From Antechinus flavipes (Eukaryota), in assembly GCF_016432865.1 (NCBI RefSeq), contig NC_067403.1, positions 261,578,001-261,642,000 of the forward strand: a stretch of DNA of 64,000 nt. The letters are read 5' to 3'. Below the pieces are notes generated by a model. The model did no database searches and was not told the origin of the DNA. It saw only the letters and a list, made by a program, of their open reading frames with translations. Position 1 is the first letter of the stretch. Each line of letters begins with the position of its first letter. The translations under genes and the position numbers were made by a program. Of this stretch, positions 45,770 through 57,920 are shown piece by piece.

Positions 45770-46620
45770 CTGTCCAGAGGGGAAGAGTGGGTCACGTGGC
45801 CACCAATGCCCAGGGGGGCCCTGGCTGCTCACAGGGCCGGTGACCCCGAGCCCCGCGTGGCAGCTGGGAGTGAGGGGGGGAGGCTTCCCTCCCTCAGTGG
45901 GGATGTCACCCCCGCCTCCCTCCCAAGCTGGTCCCCCACCCCCGCATCCACCCCCACCCTGGGCCGCCCTCGCCCACACTGAGCCCAGCTTTGCTGGTCC
46001 CTGAAGGTCACTTTCTGTCCTCTGCCCAGAGCCTGCCATCAGCCACCTCCTGGGGGGGGGAGGGGAGGGATCATGCCCAGGAAGCTCTAGAGGCAGAATC
46101 AGGAAGGCTCAGGCTCAGCCACAGGCGCTTCCTAAGGGGGCGGCCCCGGGCCCTCCTGTTTGCCTCAGTTTCCGTGAGAAGCAGAGGAGTCTTCGTGCTT
46201 TCCGAGCCCTAAAGATGCTGTGACTGAGCTTGCTCCTGTTGTCATCGCCATCATTACTGTTGCCGGCAGCGGGAGGCCCTGCCCCACTGCCCGGGTCCCC
46301 TGCGCCCCAGGGAGAGATCAGCTCCTCTTCCCGCCCACTTCGGAGACACTTATTGGGCACCTACTGTGTGCCAAGCAGAGGAGACACCCAGAGGCCGAAG
46401 GGAGCCCCCGCCTGGAGGGACTCGCAGCCCCGTGGGGGCGGAACATCGCGGTCCCCCAGGGGGCACCTCGGCTTCGACCGGGTGTCAGGGGAATGAACCC
46501 AGGGCCAGGCCTGGCTCCTCCTCCTGCCCCGCCCCAGCTTCCCCCTTCCCATCTCACTGGGGACCGCGGCTTGGGGGGCACACACACACACACAGGCTGG
46601 CACTCCAGGACTGGGGATGG
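45770..46620 (-). repeat. Inverted, near-identical copy of TNFRSF-like gene intron sequence (about 52410-53650) with the exon 2 region deleted
   Basis: About 46080-46490 matches the reverse complement of about 52930-53335 almost base for base. At about 46580 the match jumps from the intron 2 homolog to the intron 1 (CA)n homolog. Confidence 0.85.
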
Positions 46621-49359
46621 CAGTGTGACTCACAGGGCGTCTCTTCCCAACCTCCCTCTTTCAGCCTCTGTCCGGTCTGTTTTCCCCTTCCCTCTTAATT
46701 TTCCTCGGTTCCTTTCTCTTGTTCTGTCTCTTTCTGTGTGTCTCTGTCTCTCTGTCTCTCTCCACCCCCCTGCCCTTCCTTCTTGCTGTCTTTGTCTCTT
46801 TTAAAGATTTGAGCCCAAGTGCAAAGGAGCTTCTTGAGTTCGGGTGGACCCCGCGGGGCAGCGCTGACGCCCGGGGCCGCTCAGGGAATCTTCGGGTAAA
46901 GCTGCCAGGATCTCCAGGAGCTTTGGGGTGGGGGGAGGGGGGGAGGGAGGAAGGGTGGAACGGAGAGGGGGGGGAGAGGAGAGAAGGGTAAGGACACGCG
47001 GTCAAGGGGCGCACTGAGAGCGTCGGGCCGCCCCCGGCGCCGGTTCGGTTCGGCCCCAAACCCGCCCTCCCCGTTGAGGACCACCTGCCGGTTCTGGGCA
47101 GAGAGAGCGGTGCCTGGCAGGTCGGACGGGGGGCTTCTCTCCCGGCCCGTCCACTCCATGGGTCGGAGGGGGCAAAGACTCGGCATCGAGAGCCCTCCCC
47201 GGCTCCCGCTGCCTCCCCGCCCTCCCCGAGTTCGGTCTTGTCCGGCGCTTTCCGGGCGCGACTTTCCAAGGTCGCGGGACTGGAGGCGCTCTAAGGCCGG
47301 GGGACCCCATTCTCCTTCCCAGGCGGGGAGCAACTCTGGCTCGGCCCTTCTACCCGCCCCCGCCCCGGGAACCTCGGCTTGGGGGAGCGTGGGAGGCTGG
47401 AGGGGAATGGGGGGGTGGCTTTACCTAGCCGGGGCCTAAAGGCGGGGATTGGACAGTTGAGTCAAGCGCGATAGGTAGAGCCGTTTAGCTCCTCCTCCAG
47501 CTCCTCCTCCCAGTCTGGTGAAGAACTTGGACAGCTCGCAGTTGCTATCCGGAGTCCTGCGAGAGACCAGCATCCTGCCATCACTGCCAGAGAATCCGCG
47601 TCGCGCCCAGGAGGCGTCCGAGCTTGCCTGTGATCTTGGCCCTAGTGTGGGTCGCAACCCCGGCCAGGGCCCAGCTGAGGCCTCCCCGCCCTTGCCCAGG
47701 CTCCTGCTCTTCCCAGAGGGCTGCCGAGGCTTCCCCGGTGCTCGGTCGGAGAGTGCCAGACTCCTCAGGGAGGCTGTCCAGGTGTGCGCGAGCCTCGCGC
47801 ACCCCCCCGCTGCCTTCAGGGGACAGTCGGACCAAACCAGGCCACCTGGAGGCTCTCTCCTCCTCCACCTCCTCCAGCGCGCTTATAGGTATGTGCCGCG
47901 GTGGCCCCACTTCGGGGGCCCTCGCTTCGGTCCACTGCCTTGGGGGGGGGCGCCGTCGGGCGGACCCGTTCACTTGGAGGCCCCCTCCTCTTCCTCCTAG
48001 TCCGTGTGTGGATGGGTGCCACTGCCACCCCACTGCCTGCTTCGGTCCATTGCCTTCCGGGGGACAGTCGGCGGACCCGGCCACCTAGATACTTCTTCCC
48101 CCTCTCCTTCTCCTTCCCTCTTCCCCCTGCCCCTCCCCCCCCACCGCCACCCCCCCACTGCCCTTCCCCCACCGCCACCCCCCCACTGCCCTTCCCCCAC
48201 CGCCACCCCCCCACTGCCCTTCCCCCACCGCCACCCCCCACCTCCTCTCCCCCCAGCCGCGCACGAGCAGACATGAGAGCGCAGGTGTGTAACGCGCCAG
48301 CCCCGGTGCCCGCCACCACCCAGTCAGCTGGGGCGCCGGGAGAGCCTCCGAGCAAAGGGAGCCCCAAATATCTCAGGCTTTCAGAGTTCTCCCGAGTGGG
48401 ATTTCCCGTTCTTTTGCTGCTCTTGTGTCAAAATTCTGTTTGCTTTGGGGGATTTGCAACTTTGCGACGCTCTTTTTAATTGGTGTTTTGCTGGTTTCTA
48501 TGATTTTCTAAGTAAACCATCATATGGATGGCGAGTAGAGGCCATTTGGGCTCCTTTTTGCTACGCTATGTCTTGAGGTCACGTGCCTCTCTTCACACAC
48601 ACACACACCACACACACACACACCCTCACCCACCCCACCCCCGCCCTCACCCCCCCCCACCCCACCCCCCGCTCTCTGGGACCAGCAGCTAGGTAGGAGT
48701 TATTGGATCCTGGGACTTGGAGAGTTGAACCAACTTTGTCCAACGGTGACCCCTGGCGGTCACAACGAGAACAAACAGGCTGTGAGCTCCGCCTGCTAGA
48801 ATCCCTCAGTGAGGGGCTGGGCTGGAACCAGCTCCCGGGGCTTCCCCGCCGCCGCCCGCTCTGTTCTTCCCTCTCCTCGGCCCCGCGTCCCTGCGGGCCT
48901 GGGACGGGAGAGGCGGAGCATGTCCCTGGGCGGGACGGTTCTCTCCCGGCTTCTCTGAAGGGGCCACGACGGACTCACAGAATCCAAGTCCCGGCCCAAG
49001 CAGGGCAAAGGCACGCGGTCCTTCCCTGAAACGGGGAGACCCGGCAAAGGCTGCCCCGGCTCCAGGACATGGGGGGCTGTCCGGCTGGAAGGCAGCTGGA
49101 GGCGGGGGGAGATGTGGGCTGGCTGTGCAGCTGAGGGAGAATCAGAGACCCCTCGGAGAGAGGGCAGAGGGCAAGGAGGGCACCCAGGATGGGCCTCGGA
49201 GCCCGTGGGACAGGGCCTATGGCAGGAGGAGAGCCGCGGGACAGTGGTCTTCCCCAACCCAGCTCCGATCCGAGGTGGGGGTGGGGGTGGGGGGAGACTT
49301 TTATTATGAATTTCTTTTGTCTCCAATGTTTTCATACGTTACCCACAAAGTCCAGCAGC

Positions 49360-49846
49360 GAGAGACAGGAGGGAAGTTTCCTTTAAAACAACTTTGGCTA
49401 ATGTAAAGTACCGGGAGCCGGCACTCTGTGAACACCGCTACGGAGCCCTGTCCACGCCGAGAAGTCAGCTCAGCAGCTGGAGAGGAAGTGCAGGGGAGAG
49501 GGGGGCGGAGCCAATATGAGCAGGGGACAACGCTGCCCACATCCATCTGCCCGCTCAGTGCCGGCCGCAAACTCCCACCAAGTTCTCTTACGCAGCTAGA
49601 AAAGTAACAGCAGAGTTCTCCAGAGGGACAAGAGGTCAAGAAGTCCAAGGGAATTAGGGAAAAAACGGCCAGTGAAGGCGCCTCTCTGGGCCAGACCTGA
49701 AACTCTATCATAAAGCGGAGGCGTGAAAACCCTTCGGTCCTGGCTGAGAACCAGAGCAGTCGGGGAGCGGGACAGGGCAGGTCCAGAGAACAAATCAAGG
49801 ATCCTAGGAGCCAGCGTCTGACAAACCCAGAGACCCCAGCTTTGGG
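49360..49846 (+). promoter_or_regulatory. Putative promoter and non-coding first exon of the TNFRSF-like gene
   Basis: NF-kB-like GGGAAGTTTCC (49371), ETS GAGGAAGT (~49482), GC box plus CCAAT (49501-49516) and donor GTAAGG at 49847. A further perfect kB site GGGATTTCCC lies at 48398-48407. Confidence 0.4.
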
Positions 49847-49849
49847 GTA

Positions 49850-49980
49850 AGGGCTCAGTATTTGGCAAAAACTGCCGGGAAAACTGGAAACTAATATGGC
49901 AGAAACTGGGCACTGACCCTCACCTCACCTCCTGTACCAAGATAAGGTGGAAATGGGTTCATGATTCCGACATAAAGCAT
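49850..49980 (+). mobile_element. L1 ORF2 fragment
   Basis: Encodes ...KNCRENWKLIWQKLGTDPHLTSCTKIRWKWVHD.... Confidence 0.85.
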
Positions 49981-52040
49981 TGAATTCCTTGAGATGAAAA
50001 ATTGTTGATGAGACTATTGCAGGACTTCAGAGCTTACAGGAATCATTGGATTCCTGGCACATGAACTAATGGACAACGGAATCCTTTTGGACTATTTCTA
50101 GGACTTATGGACATGTGCAAATTCTTCATGTTGATTCATTTGTTTGTTACCTCCCTTCTAGCCTGTGTTATATTGCTATGTGCTATTGTAATTCTGTGTA
50201 ATGCCTCCCATATTGATGGATTTATGTACACTTGTTTCATACCCGTTTCAAACGAGCCCCTTTAGAAACCCGCTAATCGGATTTGATTTTCCATTTCCTT
50301 TGGTGTTTTCATCTCCCTTCCTGAGACGTCAGGGAGGGCGGGACCACCTTCTTTTTATGGTGTTTTCACTTCTTTTTTGAGCAGTCAGGGAAGGTGTGAT
50401 CACCTTCTTTTTGGCCTTCTCACCTCCTTGAAAAGTCGGGGAGGTCATGACCACCCTATGTTTTAAATCAAAAGAAAGTGGGAGAGGTTGGAATCCTTAC
50501 AAGCTGGTAAGTCATTAGAGTTGAGAGAAACAATGCTTATGGTTCACACCTTTGGAGCTCATACATTAGAGTTCCCAAGTCCGGAGATTCACACCTCCCA
50601 CAATCCCACTCTCTCAGAGGAGGAGTCAAGCTTTGAGTTCACACCGCTAAAAGAGCATAAAAAGGAGCTGAGTCAGTGGAGTCAGTCAGTTCGGAAGATT
50701 GACAGAGCCAGAAGTCACTTGAAGAAATTGAGAAGCCAGGAGTCGTTAGATTGCCTGACGTGAAGCAATGGACAATAGATTGGTTTGGGACTATCTCTTG
50801 GCTGCTGAAGAAGGCGTGTGTGTGACCGTTTACATACCCTCCTTCTAGGACTTCCGGCAACCTTTTACAACACCATGTTGATTTATATTTGTTATACCAC
50901 TACTTGTGTGTACAATTCATGTTTGTTACACATCGAGCCTGCACTGACTGTGGGGAGGGTCGTCACTAATAGCCTCTGCGTTGTTGCTATGTGCCTGTGT
51001 AACACCTCCCATGCTGATGGGTTTGTGCCTCATAAGGCCCCTCAGCCCATTACAAGGAGTCAGAGTTGAGCTAGAGACAGAAGCTGCAAGAGAAAACGTG
51101 GCGTTCTCTTCTTTTGTATAATATATGATCGTTCTCTTTGGCTGCAGTTTCTTGGGGGGTTTCTGGAGGCAGTCTTGGGGTCAGTTCAAAGTAATAATCA
51201 CCTAAATACAGCCAGGAGTTAAAGCAGTTCTTTATTGTCTCTTCCAAAATAGCCCGGTTAGTTTTCTTAGAGGCTTCTCTGTGATAACCATGTATTTAAA
51301 ATCAGCCGGAGTCAGGAATTCAGGTTAAGGGAAAAATCTTCAATCGTTATCGAGTGAAGAGGTGAAGAAGGATTGGGATAGCACTATGGGCAGCTGCGAC
51401 AGGAAGCCAGCAGCAGAGGGGGATCGGAGGTGAAGGGCAGTCGCAATAGCAATGCGAGCAGCTGTGACAAGAGGCCAGCCAGCAGCCTCTCCTCCCCTTC
51501 CTTTTCCACTCCCCTGCCTCCACCCACCTGAATCATCATTTCCTATACAACACATCAGGACTTGCACAGAGTGGGCGGGGCCAGTCTCTCTCCAAGCTTA
51601 TATATTAATAGAATATGGTCCAATGACTATTTATCCTCATGAGCTTGGGACCTCAGTGCATCAACTCGAGCCTCAGCCCATTCCACCTCTCTCCCTCCTT
51701 GGCTCCAAGGGCTCCTGCAGCTTGTCCTTTGTCGCCTCCAGCTCCCTCCGAGTCCTTCGTTCTGCTGGACTGCGGGCTCTAGCTTGTCAACCTCCCGAAC
51801 TCGCTGACTTCTGGCTTTCAATCTTTTTCGCCTGCCTGACTGACTGAAGCTCTAAGAGCTTCTTATAGATGATCTCTTAAAGGTGTGAACCCAAAGCTTG
51901 ACTCCTCCGAGAGAGTGGGATTGTGGGAGGTGTGAACCTCCGGACTTGGGAACTCTAATGTATGAGCTCCAAAGGTGTGAACCATAAGCATTGTTTCTAT
52001 CTTTCTAAATGACTTACCGGCATGAAGGATTCTAACAGTA
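49980..52040. mobile_element. Cluster of nested ERV LTRs and env relics
   Basis: A + copy starts gttggaatccttac at about 50486. A - copy spans about 51105-52038 and is interrupted by a different LTR-like insert at about 51290-51650. An env-like MDNRLVWDYLLAAEEGVC lies at 50768. Confidence 0.75.
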
Positions 52041-52093
52041 AAGAGTGAGATTATAAGCTGATTCGAAGAAGTTATGTTGCTTCTCTCCAGGAC

Positions 52094-52435
52094 ATGACAA
52101 CGTCGGAGTCAACCCTGAGATCTACTGGGAAGGACCCAGGGCCAGAGGTGACCTGTGACCCTGAGGAGGAGTACAGACATGGGACTCACTGCTGCTTGCG
52201 CTGCCCTCCTGGTGAGAGGCTCCTCCCACAGCTTAACCATTCCCACCCCACCCCCACTCTTGGGGCCCATGGTCTGCTACTGACACCCCTCCCCCCAACT
52301 TCCCCTCCCAGGTCCCAATTGAGTCAAAAGCCTGACAAGGTTGCTTGTCTCTGGGCAATTCTCAAAGCCTCCTGTGCCTTCTTCTCTGGAATGAATCAGT
52401 GCCCCCGCTCCCGGCCCTGGAGTGCCAGCCTGTGT

Positions 52436-52482
<47 letters not shown>

Positions 52483-55400
52483 ACTGTGAGTGTAATTGTG
52501 AGTTTGTGTAACTGTGTGTGTGTGAGAGTCTCGGGAGCTCCGGCACTTCTGCAGCCTCTGTTATCTCCCACCCAGGCACCCGGGTCACCCAGCCCTGCAC
52601 TGCTCAGGGCACTTTGGGAGTCTGTGCCGAATGCCCGCTTGGACAATACTCGCACAAGAACGGCCTGGACCACTGCTGGCCCTGCACCCGCTGCAGGGAA
52701 GGTCAGTACGGGCTGAGCCGGACGGCCAAAAGCTTCCGGGGGCAGAGGCCGGCTCAGGGCCCCGGGCCCCTCCCCCCCACCAGAGGGCCTTGGTGGCAGA
52801 CCACCGTCCCAGCGTTGCCCTCCAAGCTGCGGTCCCCAGTGAGACGGGAGGGGGGAAGCTGGGATGGGGCAGGAGGAGGAGCCAGGCCCGGCCCCCCGGG
52901 TTCATTCCCCAGATACCCCCATTGATGCCTTGCTGCCGAGGTGCCCCCTGGGGGACCGCGATGTTCCGCCCCCACGGGGCTGCGAGTCCCTCCAGGCGGG
53001 GGCTCCCTTCGGCCTCTGGGTGTCTCCTCTGCTTGGCACACAGTAGGTGCCTAATAAGTGTCTCCGAAGTGGGCGGGAAGAAGAGCTGATCTCTCCCTGG
53101 GGCGCAGGGGACCGGGGCAGTGGGGCAGGGCCTCCCGCTGCCGGCAACAGTAATGATGGCGATGACAGCAGGAGCAAGCTCAGTCACAGCATCTTTAGGG
53201 CTCGGAAAGCACGAAGACTCCTCTGCTTCTCACGGAAACTGAGGCAAACAGGAGGGCCCGGGGCCGCCCCCTTAGGAAGCACCTGTGGCTGAGCCTGAGC
53301 CTTCCTGATTCTGCCTCTAGAGCTTCCTGGGCATGACTCCCCCCCCATTCCCTCCATAGTAGAGGAGGTGGCTGATGGCAGGCTCTGGGCAGAGGACAGA
53401 AAGTGACCTTCAGGCACCAGCAAAGCTGGGCTCAGTGTGGGCGAGGGCGGCCCAGGGTGGGGGCGTTTCTGCCCAGGCGGAGGGGGGGGGTGACATCCCC
53501 ACTGAGGGAGGGAGGCCTCCCCCCCTCACTCCCAGCTGCCACACGGGGTTCGGGGTCATCCAGGGTCATGCCGTGTGAGCAAACCCTCCCCCCTCTCCGC
53601 CCCCCGCCGTATTGGTGGCCACGTGACCCACTGGCGCCCTCTGGATGTGGGGATGCTCCCCTGGGAGCGGCCACCCCTGCGTTACCTTGACCCCCAGTCT
53701 CTCCCTCTCCCGCAGACCAAGAGATGTGGGCTCCGTGTTACAGGAAGAGCGACGCCCGGTGCCGGTGTAAAGCCGGACACTATTGTGAGGGGCCGGACTG
53801 TGCCGCGTGTCTGCCCTGCAGGACAAGGTGGGGCCCTGACAGAAAACCCGGGGGCTTCTGGGGGCCGCGAGAGGGGCGGGGCTGCGGGGGGCGGGGTCAG
53901 AACTGAGGGCTGCCAGGAGAAGCAGGGACTGAGCTGAGTCTCGGAGCACTGGGGGGAGGAGGGGTTGTGATCATCTACTGTCATTTAAAAGGAGTTATGT
54001 GGGGGGGTGGGGGTGGAGACTTCTGATAGGAGCAACCAATCAGACCGAAGGATCAGAGACTGTCTGCTCTGATTGGGTGGTTTGGAGAATCTGGGGGCGG
54101 GGCTTCTCACTACTTTCGGGCTGGGATGAAGCCTGGAGAGCCGGCAGGAGCAGAGAGAATGTCCACCTGTGTGGGAGCAGAAAGGCCGGAAGGGGAGAGG
54201 GGAGCCCCAAAGGCCTGGCTCTCCGGGGGCTCGTGGTCAAGGGAAGGGCGGAGAAGGGAACAAGTGCTGCCTTATTTTCCTCAATATTATCTTTTCCCAA
54301 ACACCTGTAGAGTTTTCAGCGCGCCCTTTTATAGGATTCTGCGTCCCCGCTTTTTTCTCCCTCCCTCACCCCCTCTGCCCCCCCCAGACAGCCGGCGGCT
54401 GCTCCAGGCTAAACATCCAATTTTCACTCCTGTTTCCATATTGGTCACGTTGTGCTGCTCTGCCTGGGGCCCAGGCCTGCCGCCATCGGGATCTCCACCT
54501 CCAACACTCCCGGCTGAGGGGGGAGGGCAGAGGGAGGGGCAGCCCCGAGCCCCCTTGAGTGGCGGCTCTCCCTTCCTGGGGGCTCCGACTGTCACAACTT
54601 GTGGCCCGAAGCTCCTCCCTGGGCTGTGGCAGAGGGACCCAGGTGTTCCCCCCAGGCCTAAGGGGGCCCATCATGGAACAGGGGCTAAAGGGAGAAGCCA
54701 GGACTCTCTGAGGTAAAAGGAGGGAGCCCTTGGTGGCCCTGACTGCCAGGCTGGCACTTCTAGGGGCAGAGGGCTCATCTGGGGAGGGACAGCAGGAGGC
54801 TCCAAGAGACTGGAGAGGCCCCGGGCCGGCTCAGGGGGGGCTGTCCCAGCCAGAGAAGCCAGGGTGGGGCTGGAGGGGCGAGGCGGGGGCTGATCAGGGG
54901 GAGGGGAAGGGAGAGGTGGGGCAGGGCTGGGCTGGGGCTACCAGAGTGGGATCCACAGAATCCGTCTGGAGACTCCTGCAGGTCCCGGTGCTGACGGGCC
55001 CGGCTCGCCCCCAGCACCCAGGAGCGGGACCAGCGAAGGGCAGAAGCTGAGAGACCTCCCTTTGTCCCTGGGGGCAAGGCCAGCTCGGCTGCGGGCTCCC
55101 AGGATCCAGGGGAGGGGGGAGGGCGGCAGCGGGGCTGCCTGGTCCTGTCCTGCCACAATCACCGGGCTCCTGAGGCGTCCTTCTTTTCTGCTTCCAGCTG
55201 CCCAGAGGGAGAAGAGCTTCTGCAAAGATGCACTGACACAGCTGACATAGTGTGTGGGGCCCCTCCAACAGGTGAGCGGGGGGAAGCCGGGCTCTCCTCT
55301 GTCAGAAGGGGCCCGGGTGTCCCCGTGGGGCCCTGAGGGTGGTCGGGCAGAGGTCTAGAGTGCGTGTGACCTCGGGGCTCCCCTGGGCTGGGCAGAGCCC

Positions 55401-56426
55401 CCAGCCTCGGTCTATTGGCCGCCCCCTGGGTCCAAGAATCCCTCAGAGCAAGAGGGCCCTCAGGGTGCCCAGCTAATCCTACACCTGAATGAGGGGAAGC
55501 CCCCCCCACCCCAAGTGCCCTGGAGCTGGAGGAAGCCCCTGGGCCATCCAGGCCAGAGGTTTCCCCGTCACCCAAAGCTCCACACCCGGGTTCCCGGTGT
55601 CAGAGGCAGGACTTGGAGCTGACTCCTCTGTCCCCAGAGGGAGACCCTCTTTCCAGGGCACTTGGCCAGTTAACACTCCCCACCCCCACCCCCTGCCCCC
55701 TTGGGAGCTGCCCAAGTCCCAGCGGGTGTGGCCAGGCCTTGCCATCTGGGGCCTCTTCTCCCTGGGCTTGGGTGTCTGGTCACATTAGGAGATGACCCCC
55801 AGCCCCACCCCAAGGCCCCATTACAAGAGAAGCAGGATTTGAATCCAGGTCTCTGGACTATAGTTCAAGGCTCTCTCCTGGCCCCAGTGACCCGTTCTTT
55901 GTCGTCCTGCCGGCATCACTGTCAGAGGTGGGAGGGAGGTGAGAGTCGCCTCAGGATGGGTGGGCTCCATGCTTCCCCTCGTGGGCTCATTCTCTGCCTT
56001 CCCCTTGTAGGAGGCCCCGACATGTCATGGCTTTTGCCTCTGATTCTGTTTCTGATTGTGTTTCGGATTCTGCTTCTGGTCTTCGGTCCCATCATTTGGG
56101 GAGTCGTGAAGCGTAAGTGTTCAAAATCAAAGTCATCCCAGGCAGTTCCTGTTGAAGAGCAGCTCAATTCTCCCAGACCCTCCACAGCATCTGAAGGAGC
56201 TGCAGGGAAACCTTTGCTGACTCAGGTGTTGGAGATTGAGAATGAGATAAATTGGAGGCGGGAAGAGGAGGAAAGTCAGAGAAGAGCAACAGCCTCCCAG
56301 TCTCCTTGTCTCGGCCCCTCACAAGAGGGGATCCATCCTGGGTTGGATATTCAGCGGCCACTGTCCAATGGCTCCCATGTATTCCAACAATCCCCGTGTG
56401 TTCTGGGCTGTTCCCCTGGCTCCTGA
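52094..56426 (+). CDS. TNF receptor superfamily member, TNFRSF26/22/23-like (about 281 aa; 3 cysteine-rich domains, TM helix, ~100-aa tail, no death domain)
   Basis: Exons 52091-52211, 52576-52701, 53716-53827, 55198-55271 and 56011-56426, in phase: TCDPEEEYRHGTHCCLRCPPGTRVTQPC...YSHKNGLDHCWPCTRCREDQEMWAPCYRKSDARCRCKAGHYCEGPDCAACLPCRTSCPEG...DIVC, then TM WLLPLILFLIVFRILLLVFGPIIWGVV. The pattern resembles mouse Tnfrsf26/23 (HKN..C.PC..CR.DQE..A.C), and the gene lies downstream of OSBPL5 in the same orientation, as in mouse. Confidence 0.85.
52432..52480. repeat. (TG)n microsatellite
   Basis: Direct observation. Confidence 0.95.
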
Positions 56427-56574
56427 AGGAGAACCCCAGAGGGAGGAGGCCTGAGGACTGAATGGGGGTCACAGGGTAGCACTTTCACTTTTTTTTGAGG
56501 GTTGTTTGCTGGTCCTTCCTTTTCTCTCTCCATTTTGCTTTGATTTTTCTTGTGCGTGATGAACATTTACAAGC

Positions 56575-57920
56575 ACTGCCAAATGAATGTTTGTGGCAGG
56601 TCTCTTTGTAGTGGCCAGAAACTGGAAACTGAGGGGCTGCCCATCCATGGGAGAATGGCTGAATAAATTGTGGTATATGAACGTTATAGAATATTATTGC
56701 TCTGTAAGAAACGACCAGCAGGATGAATACAGAGAGGACTGGCGAGACTTACATGAACTGATGCTGAGGGAAACGAGCAGGGCCAGGAGATCATTATGCA
56801 CTTCAACAACAATACTGTATGAGGATCAATCCTGACGGACGTGGCTCTCCAGCAATGAGATGAACCAAATCAGTTCCAGTAGAGCAGGAATGAACTGAAC
56901 CAGCTACATCCAGAGAAAGAACTCTGGGAGAGAACTCATAGAATTCCCAATCCCTCTATGTTTGCCCGCCTGTGGTGTTTTTCTTCTTTAATATAATAAG
57001 ATAATGGTTCTCTCTAGGAGCGAGAGCAGGTTTCTCAAGGAAGTTTTCTGGAGGCAGCCTTAGTATCAGTTCAGATCAATAATTACCCCAAATGCAGCCA
57101 GCTGGTAAAAGTTCAGATCTTTTATTGTCTCTAATATAGCCCAGTTAGGTTAGAGGCCTCTCTCTCTGCTTGGTTCCAAGAGCTCTTGCCGCTTTGTCCT
57201 TTGCTTCTGCCTCTGCTTTCTTCGGCCTCCAGAGCCAGCACCAAGTTGAATCTGTCTTGCCTCTGACAAGGCCTTCTCAATCTTCAGCTGAACTCTCGAC
57301 TCGTAGCTTCTTCCTCTGAAAACTCCTCTGACTGGCCCCTTTGAAGCTCTATTTATTCGAGAGAGAGGAATTATGGGATGCGAGAGAGAGGGATTATGGG
57401 TTTCTCCCATAGTGCTCTCTGGCCTTAAGAGCTTCAAAGGAGGTGTTACAGAGTTTACTTTGTGAATCTCCCATACTTGTGAACTCTGATGAGTAAAGGT
57501 GTGAACACAAGCATTGTATCAATTAGTTCTACTTAGTACCTTCTTTCAGGTTCTGGCCCAAAACATCTTCTTGTAAGATCAGATCAATAATCTATCGACT
57601 CTAATATTAGAGTTAGCAGTTTGTAAAGATTCCAACACCCGCCTGCATTTTGGATTTCCTTCACAGGCTAATTGGACACTATTTTAGAGTCCGATTCTTT
57701 TTGTACAACAAAATAACGGTTTGGTCACGTATACTTACTGTGTATCTAATTTATACTTTAGTATATTTAACATCTACTGGTCATCCTGCCATCTGGGGGA
57801 GGGGATGGGGGGAAGGAGGGGAAAAATTGAAACAAAAGGTTTGGCAACTGTCAATGCTGTAAAATTACCCATGCATAGAACTTGTAAATAAAAACCTATT
57901 TAAAAAAAAAAAAAAAAAGA
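56575..57920 (+). mobile_element. L1 3' end with a nested solo LTR (56985-57636, - strand) and poly(A) tail
   Basis: ORF2 end FVVARNWKLRGCPSMGEWLNKLWYMNVIEYYCSVRNDQQDE. The L1 3' UTR resumes after gattccaaca at 57636, and the poly(A) is at 57902-57918. Confidence 0.88.

Noticed and set aside
46220-46804. Duplicated ORF MTELAPVVIAIITVAGSGR... (also 52585-53187, -) as a gene pair
   Set aside because: It lies in duplicated intronic sequence that includes MIR/L2-like fragments, and the frames diverge outside the duplication.
48273-48479. MRAQVCNAPA...FPVLLLLLC as the missing receptor signal-peptide exon
   Set aside because: No credible splice donor follows the hydrophobic stretch, and the frame stops at 48479.
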